From contig JBCBJQ010000001.1 of the NCBI GenBank assembly GCA_038523235.1, positions 64,001-128,000 of the forward strand: DNA of 64,000 nt. Reading direction: 5' to 3'. Origin of the DNA: Cyanobacteria bacterium J06626_4. GTDB lineage: Bacteria; Cyanobacteriota; Cyanobacteriia; Phormidesmidales; Phormidesmidaceae. The position numbers and the translations under genes were made by a program. Below the pieces are notes generated by a model, which searched no databases, had not been told where the DNA came from, and saw only the letters and a list, made by a program, of their open reading frames with translations. Below are positions 52,041-61,356 of the stretch, piece by piece; positions within the stretch are counted from its first letter, which is position 1; each line of letters begins with the position of its first letter.

Positions 52041-52817
52041 TTACGGTTCGGAAATATCGGTCAAATCTGGCCCGTCCGGCACCGCTGTCGAATTCCACTC
52101 AATGGTGGGCATATTCGCCGCGGCATCTCGCAGGGCGACCTCCCAATGTTTCCGCATCTTGATCAGGTAAGGATCACCCGCATAAAACCGGGCCTTGTTG
52201 ACGATTTCAAAGCTGTCCGTTTCATACATGATGAGGTTGATTGGCGGCCCCACCGATAGGTTGGAGCGCATGGTGGAGTCAATCGACAGCAGCGCATATT
52301 TGGCCACATCTTCGATCGCCGATTCATAGGTCAAGGTCCGATCCAAAATCGGCTTGCCGTATTTGGTTTCGCCAATTTGCAAAAAGGGCGTCTCGGGGGT
52401 GCTTTTGATGCAGTTGCCCTGGCTATAAATCATGTGCAGGCCCGGCGCTTCCCCTTTTACCTGGCCACCCAGTAAAAAGCTGCACTGGAAGTCGATTTTG
52501 TCTTTTTGCAACCAGGGGCGATCGATTTCTTGGAGCTTGCGAATGCAATTGCCGATGTAACGAGCAATATCGTATAGCGTCGGCAGGGTATGTAAGTTGG
52601 CCTCGGCGTTAACAATCAGATCGCGCTCTAGGGCGTGCAGCACCGCCTGCGTGATCGACAAATTACCCGAGGTGCAAAGAATGAGCGCCCGCTCGTGAGG
52701 CACTGAGAAATCAAACAGCTTGCGATAGGAAGAAATGTAATCGACGCCAGCATTGGTGCGGGAGTCAGCGGCGAGCAAGATACCCTGACGGACGTGAATG
52801 CCTAAACAATAAGTCAC
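52041..52817 (-). CDS. Proteasome-type Ntn peptidase (Anbu)
   Basis: M-T(1)YCLG nucleophile, DSRTNAGVD, GNLS.TQ, QIGETKYGKPILDR, S.DSTMRSNLSVGPP. Confidence 0.93.
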   Translation of the reverse strand: MTYCLGIHVRQGILLAADSRTNAGVDYISSYRKLFDFSVPHERALILCTSGNLSITQAVLHALERDLIVNAEANLHTLPTLYDIARYIGNCIRKLQEIDRPWLQKDKIDFQCSFLLGGQVKGEAPGLHMIYSQGNCIKSTPETPFLQIGETKYGKPILDRTLTYESAIEDVAKYALLSIDSTMRSNLSVGPPINLIMYETDSFEIVNKARFYAGDPYLIKMRKHWEVALRDAAANMPTIEWNSTAVPDGPDLTDISEP

Positions 52818-52876
52818 GGGGTGAAAAGTGATGAAACAACCTGTGTAGCGCCCTCAAAGACAGCCCCATGTTGGCT

Positions 52877-52890
52877 GTATCAATGATTAC
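52877..52890. promoter_or_regulatory. Putative NtcA binding site
   Basis: (T)GTA-TCAATGAT-TAC, 60 nt upstream of the Anbu GTG start. Confidence 0.55.
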
Positions 52891-53147
52891 TCAAGAGTCT
52901 AGCGGAATTGTGATTAGGGCAAACCTTCTGTTTCGCGATGTCAACTCAATGATTTGAGCCCATCGCCACTGTCCGCTGCTGTGCCCCGGTTGAATCGCCT
53001 GTCACCAGAAAATTTCTCGATGCAGCTCATCACGCCCGGAACATCGCACCGTCTCCTTGGGACGAGGAAGCTTTTAGCCGCCTTTGATGCGGCTAAAGCG
53101 GTGGCTCATAAACGAACGCCGCCAAGGCTCTCGCCGCAGAGATGTCG

Positions 53148-53513
53148 CTAGGCCGAATCGCCTTCCTCTTCGACGGCAGTGACAAAGCGGGCCAGTTCGT
53201 CGCTTTGATTGCCGTAAACGCCAGCGATTTGCTGTTCACAACAGTCGATCGCAAAGTCGTTCAGCTCATCGGGGGTGGTGCCAAACATGCGGCCAAACGT
53301 ATCAGGATGCACCCGGCAAAAGCCAGGCCGGGTGTCATAAATTTGGCAACGACGGATGGCCTGGTCGTAATTGATGCACCAGCCATCTTGGCCCACCAAG
53401 CTGAGATAGTGCGCTAGCTCTTGAGCGGTGAGATATTGATCCAGATCGGGGCGATCGCTCGGATCCAGATGACAGCAGGCACCACAGCCTTGAATACATT
53501 GCCAATTCGCCAT
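53148..53513 (-). CDS. YkgJ family cysteine-cluster protein
   Basis: C..GCGACC, GWC, C.IY..RP.FCR, CC; divergent from psb30 as in other cyanobacteria. Confidence 0.88.
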   Translation of the reverse strand: MANWQCIQGCGACCHLDPSDRPDLDQYLTAQELAHYLSLVGQDGWCINYDQAIRRCQIYDTRPGFCRVHPDTFGRMFGTTPDELNDFAIDCCEQQIAGVYGNQSDELARFVTAVEEEGDSA

Positions 53514-53542
53514 AGCGCTTGAGGATTGAGTTCCCTTAGAAT

Positions 53543-53560
53543 TTTGTAACGTTAGTTAAA
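53543..53560. promoter_or_regulatory. Possible HLR1 (RpaB) site upstream of psb30
   Basis: Minus strand TTTAACTA-AC-GTTACAAA, an imperfect (G/T)TTACA(T/A)(T/A)-N2 direct repeat; TAAAAT at 53581. Confidence 0.3.
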
Positions 53561-53634
53561 CATGGGTTCCCAACTGCGGATAAAATAGCGCAGATAGCCT
53601 TTGTGCAAGGCCAACTTGTTGTCTGGGAGGATCC

Positions 53635-53766
53635 ATGGAGTTTATTTCTAATTTATTCGGTGGCATCAGTTTTGAGCTGATTGCTCAGCTTACGATGCTA
53701 GCCATGATTGTCATTGCCGGACCTGTGATTGTCTTTTTGCTGGCTGCACGAGGGGGCGATCTCTAA
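53635..53766 (+). CDS. psb30: Photosystem II reaction centre protein Psb30/Ycf12 (43 aa)
   Basis: Hand translation MEFISNLFGGISFELIAQLTMLAMIVIAGPVIVFLLAARGGDL; SD GGAGG; missed by the ORF track. Confidence 0.95.
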   Translation: MEFISNLFGGISFELIAQLTMLAMIVIAGPVIVFLLAARGGDL

Positions 53767-53960
53767 AGGCCGTCATCATCGAAATGGCATTTGTCTTTCA
53801 GCGCCTCGTTTCCAGCCCCTTGCTATGGGCCTTGGTGCGGGCGCAGTCAGGCCTAACCGTAAAGGTTTTAGCCATTATGATTTAGTGACGCGCCCTAAAA
53901 CTTCATCTCGATTGCGGGTGAAACCTCAGTCGCCTCGACGTTTCACTCAACATCATAAAC

Positions 53961-54004
53961 AATCGGGCACCGATGCTGACTGTTAGTACCGGTGCCCGAT
54001 TTTT
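53961..54004 (+). terminator. Rho-independent terminator
   Basis: AATCGGGCACCG...CGGTGCCCGATT stem followed by a T-run. Confidence 0.75.
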
Positions 54005-54160
54005 ATGGGCCGCGACGCTAGTGGCCATCGCAGAAGAGCCGGCAGGGAGGGCAAGGCCCAACAGACTGCAGAGGTTGGCATGATGCAGATCGCCCTTGCC
54101 GTAATTCTGAACGACTGGCTCAAAGTACGGCTAGCGCTATCTTCTAACATTCGTTGAACG

Positions 54161-54195
54161 GGCAGCGGCCAACGCAGGCAGCGGCCAACGCAGGC
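54161..54195. repeat. 16-bp tandem duplication
   Basis: GGCAGCGGCCAACGCA x2 plus GGC. Confidence 0.8.
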
Positions 54196-54301
54196 TTGGA
54201 ACCAGCCCCATCCTAACCGAGCTGGTCGCTGGCTCTAGCCGGTGATGCCAGTGGCGCTCTCTAGATACCCCGGCTGCCAGCTGGCGTGGCAAGTTGGATA
54301 A

Positions 54302-54958
54302 CTAAGGATTCAAATTAATTGCCGCTGATTTGACCACCAGCTGAGCGGCGATCGCGATCGCGGCAGGGTAGATACGATGTTCTTGCTGCTGAATTCTGGC
54401 CTGCAGGCTAGCAGCCGTATCGTCGGCTAAAACAGGGACGGCCGCCTGTGCAATAATCGGGCCGCTATCAATCTCAAGTTCGACATAGTGAACGGTGCAG
54501 CCGGTGATTTTGACGCCCGCTGCCAGCGCCTGATCGGCAGCTCGCAGGCCCGGAAAGCTGGGCAACAAGCTCGGGTGAATATTCAAAATTCGTTGCGGAA
54601 AAGCTTGAATTAACACAGCAGTCACCCGCCGCATCCAGCCCGCCATAATCACCCAGTCAGCACCCGCAGCTCGGATCGTTTGCACAATGGCCTCATCCAG
54701 AGCTTCTCGACTGGCAAAGGTGCGGTGGTTGAGCAGCACGGCGGGCAACTGTCGCTGGGTGGCTCGCTCAGCCACTTTAGCCGAGGGATTGTTGTAAATC
54801 ACAACCTGAATGGTGGCGTTGAGGTCACCACTCTCAATAGCGGCCGCGATCGCCGCCAGGTTGCTGCCGTTGCCTGAGGCTAACACCGCTAACCGCAGTG
54901 GCTCTGCCAGTTGCGGCAACCGATCAGAAAGGTCAGGAGAAATCAACGTGCCGGTCAC
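54302..54958 (-). CDS. purN: Phosphoribosylglycinamide formyltransferase
   Basis: LASGNGSN, AGWMR, LNIHPSLLPSF.G, GCTVHYV..EIDSGPII. Confidence 0.95.
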   Translation of the reverse strand: MTGTLISPDLSDRLPQLAEPLRLAVLASGNGSNLAAIAAAIESGDLNATIQVVIYNNPSAKVAERATQRQLPAVLLNHRTFASREALDEAIVQTIRAAGADWVIMAGWMRRVTAVLIQAFPQRILNIHPSLLPSFPGLRAADQALAAGVKITGCTVHYVELEIDSGPIIAQAAVPVLADDTAASLQARIQQQEHRIYPAAIAIAAQLVVKSAAINLNP

Positions 54959-55079
54959 GGTTCACGCCCAAAAACAATCTGCATCAGCTTACCTTACCGA
55001 CCAAATCGGACGATTGCCGACGGCGGTTTATTCTCCCAAGCGGGCAAGATGAGGCCAACGGATGGAGCAGTAAATCCTG

Positions 55080-55736
55080 ATGACAGCACAAAAGTTTCTG
55101 CAGCGGGGGCTGATCGCGCTGATCAGCTTTGAGGTTGGCCTAGCGCTCACCTATATGGCCCTGATTTTCAAACGCGGCGAGGCAATTTTTCTGCTCGATT
55201 TCAACGGTCTGCGATCGCTGCCTTCTTTATTGCAGGCGGCTCATCTCTTTACCATTGGCGGACTTTGTGGACTTTTACTCGTGGCGCGGCAGCCCCGACG
55301 GCAGTCCTATTCATGGTTTTTGCCTGCAGCGGTGATGCTGCTCTGTTTTTTTGGCGGCATTGACGAGCTGACCAAGCTACACCTGGCCCTTAATCAAGTG
55401 AACTGGCAAGTGGTTTACCTCAGCCTGATGGCCGCGATTCTAATCTTCAGCTGGGGCGATTTCATTTGGCTCTGGCGTCACCACCGACCCACGCTGCTAT
55501 GGGTTTTGGCGGGCATCAGCTTATTTTTGCTGGGGAGCTTTGGGGGCGAGATGCTCAAAGACCCCATCACCAACGCTCTGAATACCCACAGTCCGCCGCG
55601 AATCGCTTTTCTGTTGAAGCATGTCCGAATTTTGGTCGAGGAATTTTCTGAGTTAATGGGCGAAACCCTAATTCTCTATGCATTTGCCAAGTTTACGTGG
55701 GGCGTATGGTCGCAACCTAAAACGGTGATGAGCTGA
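55080..55736 (+). CDS. Hypothetical integral membrane protein
   Basis: About 6 hydrophobic segments, with intramembrane DE...H and EE..E..G motifs. Confidence 0.7.
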   Translation: MTAQKFLQRGLIALISFEVGLALTYMALIFKRGEAIFLLDFNGLRSLPSLLQAAHLFTIGGLCGLLLVARQPRRQSYSWFLPAAVMLLCFFGGIDELTKLHLALNQVNWQVVYLSLMAAILIFSWGDFIWLWRHHRPTLLWVLAGISLFLLGSFGGEMLKDPITNALNTHSPPRIAFLLKHVRILVEEFSELMGETLILYAFAKFTWGVWSQPKTVMS

Positions 55737-55761
55737 TAGCGTGCAGCGTCAATACCAGGCT

Positions 55762-55806
55762 TGGATTTAAGGTTCAGGTTTGAGGGTTTAGGGTTTAGGG
55801 TTCAGA
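55762..55806. repeat. Heptamer tandem repeat (STRR-like), GGGTTTA-type
   Basis: GGATTTAAGGTTCAGGTTTGAGGGTTTAGGGTTTAGGGTTCAG. Confidence 0.65.
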
Positions 55807-56080
55807 AGGATGGTGCAAGGCGGGAAACCAGGAAGGCTTTTGCCTGCGAGGACTCGGCTCGGTCACGCCTGAGGCGATCGCGCGCCGCCCAATCCTGGCT
55901 CCGGGACGGGTCAAAAGGCAAACCCAAAAACTGGATAGTTGTTGGTAAGCTCGCGTAGACGCATCCACCATTACAACAATCTGCTCCCCTTCGTCACCGG
56001 TTGACTATCCCCCTGGTGCTAAACTCCAATCACCCCGGCGTTGGTCAGCAACCCCGGTGTTTTCCTATCATTCGCCAGTC

Positions 56081-56293
56081 ATGATTATTGATCCCCATTA
56101 TCCTCACATCGTGTTGGCATTCTCGTATCGAGAGACGACCATTGCGATCGAGCAAGCGGCGATCGATGACCTCACCATTTACACCGCCTGGGTGGACTAT
56201 GCCACCGGGTCAGCGGTGGCGGTGCCCAAAGCCTGGACCTGCGCCGATGCCATGCAGAGAGCGAAGCGGTGGGTCGATCGCAAGCTTTATTGA
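56081..56293 (+). CDS. Small hypothetical protein (70 aa)
   Basis: ATG start; protein-like YTAWVDY..GSAVAVP.A......AK.W.D pattern seen in small cyanobacterial proteins. Confidence 0.65.
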   Translation: MIIDPHYPHIVLAFSYRETTIAIEQAAIDDLTIYTAWVDYATGSAVAVPKAWTCADAMQRAKRWVDRKLY

Positions 56294-56388
56294 CTGTGGC
56301 TCTGAAACTAACCAGCGCGGAGTTAATAGTCGGGATCACTCCAAATTGCGCCTCCTCTTCAGATAACTGGCTGAGCAATCGTCAGAGC

Positions 56389-57774
56389 CTATTTGCCAAT
56401 ACAAAACCGACTAAAGATTTCATCTAGCATTGACTCCGTCAGCTCTTCGCCTGTGACCTCGCCCAGTGCCCGAATCGCCATGCGCAGGTCAATCGTCCAA
56501 AAATCCAGGGGTAGCTGATTAGAGATCGTGGTGCGCACCTGTTCCAACGCAGTACGAGCACGGGTGAGCGCGGCGGCTTGGCGCTGGTTGATCGTGACGG
56601 CCACATCGCTAGCCGTTAGCTGCTCCGCATGGATCGTTTTCAAAATCGTTTGCTCTAACTGGTCAATACCCTGACTCAACGCCGCTGCCGTCGAGACGAT
56701 GGGCACCGGTAGCTTAACCAACGACTCGGGCACTCGGTCAGCCACGAGATCCGTTTTGTTCACCACTAAAATCAGGGGACGATGGCTGATCAGGCCATAG
56801 AGTTGCTCATCCGCCACCGTCCAGCCTTGCTGCGCATCAATGGTTAGGAGCACCAAATCAGCCGACTGGGTCGCTGCTCGCGATCGCTCAATGCCGATCT
56901 GCTCTACCTGGTTATCAGCCTCGCGGATGCCCGCCGTATCTAACACTTGAATCGGAATCCCCCCCACCACCAGTTGCGACTCCACCACATCGCGGGTAGT
57001 GCCCGGTAGATCGGTTACGATAGCGCGATCGCTGCGGCTCCAGGCGTTTAACAAGCTCGATTTACCCACATTGGGTCGGCCCACAATCGCCACCTTGAGG
57101 CCAGAGCGCAGCAGCTCGCCCTGATAGGCCGTGTCTAAAATCGCGCTAACGGCCTGCAACACCTGGCTCAACTGCTCAGCCACAGCAGACTCATCTAAAG
57201 GCGGCAAATCATCGGCAAAATCGATCCGCGCTTCCACTTCCGCCAAAATATCCAAACAGGCCGCTCGCAGCTCGCGAATCGGCTGGGTAAGTTTGCCCCG
57301 CATACCCGCCAGCGCCGTTTGCGCCGCCTGAGGCGATTGTGCTCCCACCAGATCAGCAATGCTCTCAGCCTGGGTCAGATCGAGCCGCCCATTTAAAAAA
57401 GCGCGCAGGGTAAATTCTCCCGGTTCGGCCAGACGCGCCCCTTGAGCGACACACAGCTGCAGCACCTGCTGGACGGCCATAATGCCGCCGTGACAGTGAA
57501 ATTCCACCACATTTTCGCGGGTGTAGGAGCGGGGCGATCGCATCAGCAATAGCAACGCTTCGTCGACCATTTGCTGAGTCTGGGGATCATGCACATAGCC
57601 ATACAAAATGCGGTGACTTTCCCACGGTTGCTGCCCGGGCGCTTTAAACAGCGTGCGGGCGATCGCTTCCGCGTCGGCTCCCGATAGGCGCACGATGCCG
57701 ACGCTCCCCTGCTGGGGCACGATGGCGGTGGCAATGGCAGCGATCGTCTCACCTTGAATAATCGTTTGACCCAT
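56389..57774 (-). CDS. mnmE: tRNA modification GTPase MnmE
   Basis: [43 protein letters not shown]-terminal FCIGK; start at ATG 57774. Confidence 0.97.
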   Translation of the reverse strand: MGQTIIQGETIAAIATAIVPQQGSVGIVRLSGADAEAIARTLFKAPGQQPWESHRILYGYVHDPQTQQMVDEALLLLMRSPRSYTRENVVEFHCHGGIMAVQQVLQLCVAQGARLAEPGEFTLRAFLNGRLDLTQAESIADLVGAQSPQAAQTALAGMRGKLTQPIRELRAACLDILAEVEARIDFADDLPPLDESAVAEQLSQVLQAVSAILDTAYQGELLRSGLKVAIVGRPNVGKSSLLNAWSRSDRAIVTDLPGTTRDVVESQLVVGGIPIQVLDTAGIREADNQVEQIGIERSRAATQSADLVLLTIDAQQGWTVADEQLYGLISHRPLILVVNKTDLVADRVPESLVKLPVPIVSTAAALSQGIDQLEQTILKTIHAEQLTASDVAVTINQRQAAALTRARTALEQVRTTISNQLPLDFWTIDLRMAIRALGEVTGEELTESMLDEIFSRFCIGK

Positions 57775-57986
57775 ACGACTCAAAAAGTGTGGATAAAAAA
57801 CCGATACGCCTCTTTGAGGAGGCAGGCGCGATCGCCGCGAAGCAATTTTATCGAGTGTAATTAGGCAATCACTATAGCCTTGTGATCCCGAGAACGATCT
57901 CAGCAACTCTACGGAGGATGCCCCATTTGCTCAGTCGGCATAAAGCCGCTGCACGATCCTCTAACCCATCTATCTGGCCAACCCTC

Positions 57987-60497
57987 TCAAGCTGCCGTTG
58001 GCGCTTCCCCCCGCAGGCGGGCCAGCCCCCCAAAGCCATAGAGCCAGACCACCACCGTCAGCCAATGTACAAACGTGACCGCAAACAGCGACCCCGTCAG
58101 GCCATACAGAGTTGTCAGCACCAGCCCGAGCCAAAGCACCATGAGCAAAAATCGGTGATCGCGCAAAGCCGCTGCCGCCTGGGGTCTGAGCTGACTAAAG
58201 ACGATATGGGCCAGCACATACAGGCCTAAACTGAGGGCCGCCCAAGCTAACCACGGGCCTGTCGCCACGCCTTCAGTCAAATGGGGCAGCAGACCCACAC
58301 GGAAAATCAGCTCCTCTAGCAGGGCGGGTATAAACAACAGCTTGACCAGATTGAACACAGCTCGCACGGGTCGTTCAACCGCCATGCGGGGTTTCTCCAA
58401 ATAGCCGCTTTTGCGACCGTAGACCGGGATTACGGCGACAATCAGCAGTAGGGCCAGCAAGCTGTAGCCCCACAGCGCCGTCGACCAAGGCACAGCAAAG
58501 CTGCGGGCCGCTCGCAATGCCACGCGCGAAACCACCGGAATCAAGCCAAACAGAGCCGTTGGGGGAATGGGGGCAATGGTGGGGTCAAAGCCGCCAATTT
58601 GATTGGGGCGCAGGAACCACAGATCCGCCCCATTTTTCAAAAAAATGTAGGCGATATCATCCTGTCCCCAGCGGGGCATCATGGTGCGCCAGCTAAAAAT
58701 GCCCGCCACCAAACCGCTGTCGGTCGCTAGTGGTTTGCCCCGCGCATTCACCCCCGCCAGTTCTTCGGCATTGCTTGCCCAATCGCGGCGAATCACGCCA
58801 TAGGGGCTCAGGGCTTGATGCAGATCCATCGCCAGCGTGGCGAACTGGTCAATTTTCTGCACTTCGGGGTCGTCGGGATGGTCTTGAATATAGGTCTGGA
58901 GCGTTGGCTCGGCGGCCGCCTGAGTGCGCACCTGCTCGATCGCGATAAACATTGCCTGGCTGGAATCTTGAACACAAGAGGTGGCCGGTGTCACCGTCGC
59001 GACGCCGGTGCCGTCGCCGATACGATAGCGGGCCGCAATCACCTGGGTCTGGATCAGCAACTGCTCAAAGAGAGATAGTCGAGTGGCACCCAGCTGCAAC
59101 GGTTCGGTGAAGTAATCAAGCTTCACCACAATGTCCGAAAAGGGGCGCTGGCCCAGCCAGCCGCGCTGCATATCGCCCGCGTAGGCACTCCAATCGTGGG
59201 TGCCCGAGATGATGCCCCCCGAGTTGTGGGCATAAATTTGCTGGTAGTTAATTTTGAACTGCAGCTCTTGGGCGATCGGTTCTGCCACCACTTGCGCCAG
59301 ACCGTAGGCAAAGTGGCCAGAGACGGTGCCCGCTGGGGTCAGTTCCTGATTATCGCCGCCGATGCCGCCAAACACATGGATGACGAGCGCGTTGTCACCG
59401 GCCTGCCAATTCGAAATCGCGGCGGCCTCAGTCTCTGCTGTCGGGCTGACCAAAACCCGCTGCACCTGGCCTTTGCGAGCGGGCGTATCTTGCCAATTAT
59501 CGCGATCCAGGTAATGGCGACCCGGCTTTTCGCCCAAGATGACCTGATCGGGCGTCAGCTGCATCAGCTGGCGCGGCTGCAATGACTGCACCGTAAAGAC
59601 GCCCGACTCATCCCGCGCGCCGTAGACGTACCAGCCCGCCCCGCCCGCCGGTGAATCCATCAGATCGTGAATGTTGGAAAAAAAGCGATCGCCCTTTAAC
59701 TGCGGCTGCTGAGGTATCCGAATCGTCTCGGTGGGGCCGGTGAAATCGGTCGCAATGGCGTCAAAATGCTGCACCTTGAAATATTCCGTTGGGCAAGGTG
59801 GCGCTCCGGGGCAGGCCATCGGCAGCACAGCGTCAACACGGGTATCCGGCGCTAAAAGCCTGACCAAGCCATACTCTCGGCCCGTAATCTGTACCGGCTC
59901 TAAGCCAATCTCGATCACCGACACCTCTCCTTGGGGACGCAACATGGGATTACCCACCAGCTTGACGGTGACATCATCTTGGGGCCGCGCCCCCGCTAAC
60001 GACTGCAACGGCCCCACCGCCTGACGTCCATTTAAGCGGGTTGGCACAATATTGCCTCCCGCCCCAAATTTTTCAGCCTTCTCGGTGAACTGGACGTCGC
60101 GAGTGACCTCTGCCACATATCGCTCAAGGGTGGGCGACTCGCGCCAGGTCACCTTCACAATTTGGCCCAGGAGACTGGTCTCAGGGGCATGCCAGACTTC
60201 CATCCAGGCCCAATCACCGGGATCAGCGGCATAATCGGCGGCACTCGGTAAGATCAGGCGACCCAGCCAATCACCGAGCGGGCGATAGCTAGGGGCAGAC
60301 GGCAGCGACGTCAGCGGATACGTCGTGACCTGATTAAACGGTGCCGCTTGGGCCAGGTCATAGTTGGAGACCGAAGTTTCGGCAGGGGCGGGCCGCATCG
60401 AGACGAGCTGGGTCGTCACTAAACCAAGGCAGAGCAACCCCACCCACATCAAATTTTTGAGCAGATGATGGCGATCGCTGCGAGTTATTGGGTTCAT
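57987..60497 (-). CDS. Large exported domain fused to a C-terminal CPBP (CAAX/Abi) intramembrane protease domain
   Basis: Signal-like N-terminus; about 600-aa soluble region; C-terminal TM helices with EELIFR, LAH and HW motifs. Confidence 0.78.
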   Translation of the reverse strand: MNPITRSDRHHLLKNLMWVGLLCLGLVTTQLVSMRPAPAETSVSNYDLAQAAPFNQVTTYPLTSLPSAPSYRPLGDWLGRLILPSAADYAADPGDWAWMEVWHAPETSLLGQIVKVTWRESPTLERYVAEVTRDVQFTEKAEKFGAGGNIVPTRLNGRQAVGPLQSLAGARPQDDVTVKLVGNPMLRPQGEVSVIEIGLEPVQITGREYGLVRLLAPDTRVDAVLPMACPGAPPCPTEYFKVQHFDAIATDFTGPTETIRIPQQPQLKGDRFFSNIHDLMDSPAGGAGWYVYGARDESGVFTVQSLQPRQLMQLTPDQVILGEKPGRHYLDRDNWQDTPARKGQVQRVLVSPTAETEAAAISNWQAGDNALVIHVFGGIGGDNQELTPAGTVSGHFAYGLAQVVAEPIAQELQFKINYQQIYAHNSGGIISGTHDWSAYAGDMQRGWLGQRPFSDIVVKLDYFTEPLQLGATRLSLFEQLLIQTQVIAARYRIGDGTGVATVTPATSCVQDSSQAMFIAIEQVRTQAAAEPTLQTYIQDHPDDPEVQKIDQFATLAMDLHQALSPYGVIRRDWASNAEELAGVNARGKPLATDSGLVAGIFSWRTMMPRWGQDDIAYIFLKNGADLWFLRPNQIGGFDPTIAPIPPTALFGLIPVVSRVALRAARSFAVPWSTALWGYSLLALLLIVAVIPVYGRKSGYLEKPRMAVERPVRAVFNLVKLLFIPALLEELIFRVGLLPHLTEGVATGPWLAWAALSLGLYVLAHIVFSQLRPQAAAALRDHRFLLMVLWLGLVLTTLYGLTGSLFAVTFVHWLTVVVWLYGFGGLARLRGEAPTAA

Positions 60498-60841
60498 CCG
60501 ATGTCAGCCCCGCTAAAGCTTAAAAACCAGACATGCTCAACTATCCATTGATGAATATCTGATACGACCACCATCCCACGCTGTATTCTATCGGCAACTC
60601 CCCTTAAGAGAAGCTGAGCCGGTTTGATGCCAGCGGTCTGAGACTACCGGGTAAAGGGGCTCAAGGTTCCCCTGAGATCGAGTTCAAAGGCATGCCTGAG
60701 CACCCGCCCGCTCTAACGGCAAGCCCCCATCACAATTCAGGTTGCCGGCTCCCCCCTCTCGCCCACCACCCAGCCAAGGACAATGGAACAGCCAGCACCA
60801 TCATGGCGACTGGTGAAAAGTTTGGAGAGCACGATAGCAAA

Positions 60842-61291
60842 ATGACAAACATTCAATACTCGCTGGCTCAAAGGCCGGATTTAAGCCTCTTGATGCAGCT
60901 TTCAGAAGAGTTTTATGAGTTAGATGGCCATCAATTTGAGCCCGACAAAGCTCAAAAAGCCCTGTTAGACCTCATCGAAAATGAAGGCTATGGCCGCATC
61001 TGGATGATTTTGCAGGACAGCACTGTGATCGGCTATGTCGCGCTCACGTTTGGCTACAGTTTGGAATACCAGGGACGCGATGCGATTTTAGATGAAATCT
61101 ATTTGCGGGCACCGTTTCGCAGCCAAGGCATTGGCACCCAGACCTTCGCCTTTGTGGAATCGAACTGCCGTCAGCTGGGGATCAACACCCTCCATTTAGA
61201 AGTGATGGACGACAACGAGGCGGCGCGATCGCTCTATGGGCGACTGGGCTATCAGGCTCGGGCCAGCCAGTTCATGCACAAACGGCTGTGA
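60842..61291 (+). CDS. GNAT family N-acetyltransferase
   Basis: LDEIYL...FRSQGIG acetyl-CoA motif, N..A..LY..LGY; start at ATG 60842. Confidence 0.88.
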   Translation: MTNIQYSLAQRPDLSLLMQLSEEFYELDGHQFEPDKAQKALLDLIENEGYGRIWMILQDSTVIGYVALTFGYSLEYQGRDAILDEIYLRAPFRSQGIGTQTFAFVESNCRQLGINTLHLEVMDDNEAARSLYGRLGYQARASQFMHKRL

Positions 61292-61356
61292 ACGCTGGCC
61301 TAGGTTTTGTTTGCCAAGCCAGCGCCAGCCGGCTGTTAGCCGTTAGAGCCGGCGTC

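Noticed and set aside
54161..54195. Possible mini-CRISPR or att site
   Set aside because: Directly adjacent 16-bp duplication with no spacer and no integrase; likely slippage
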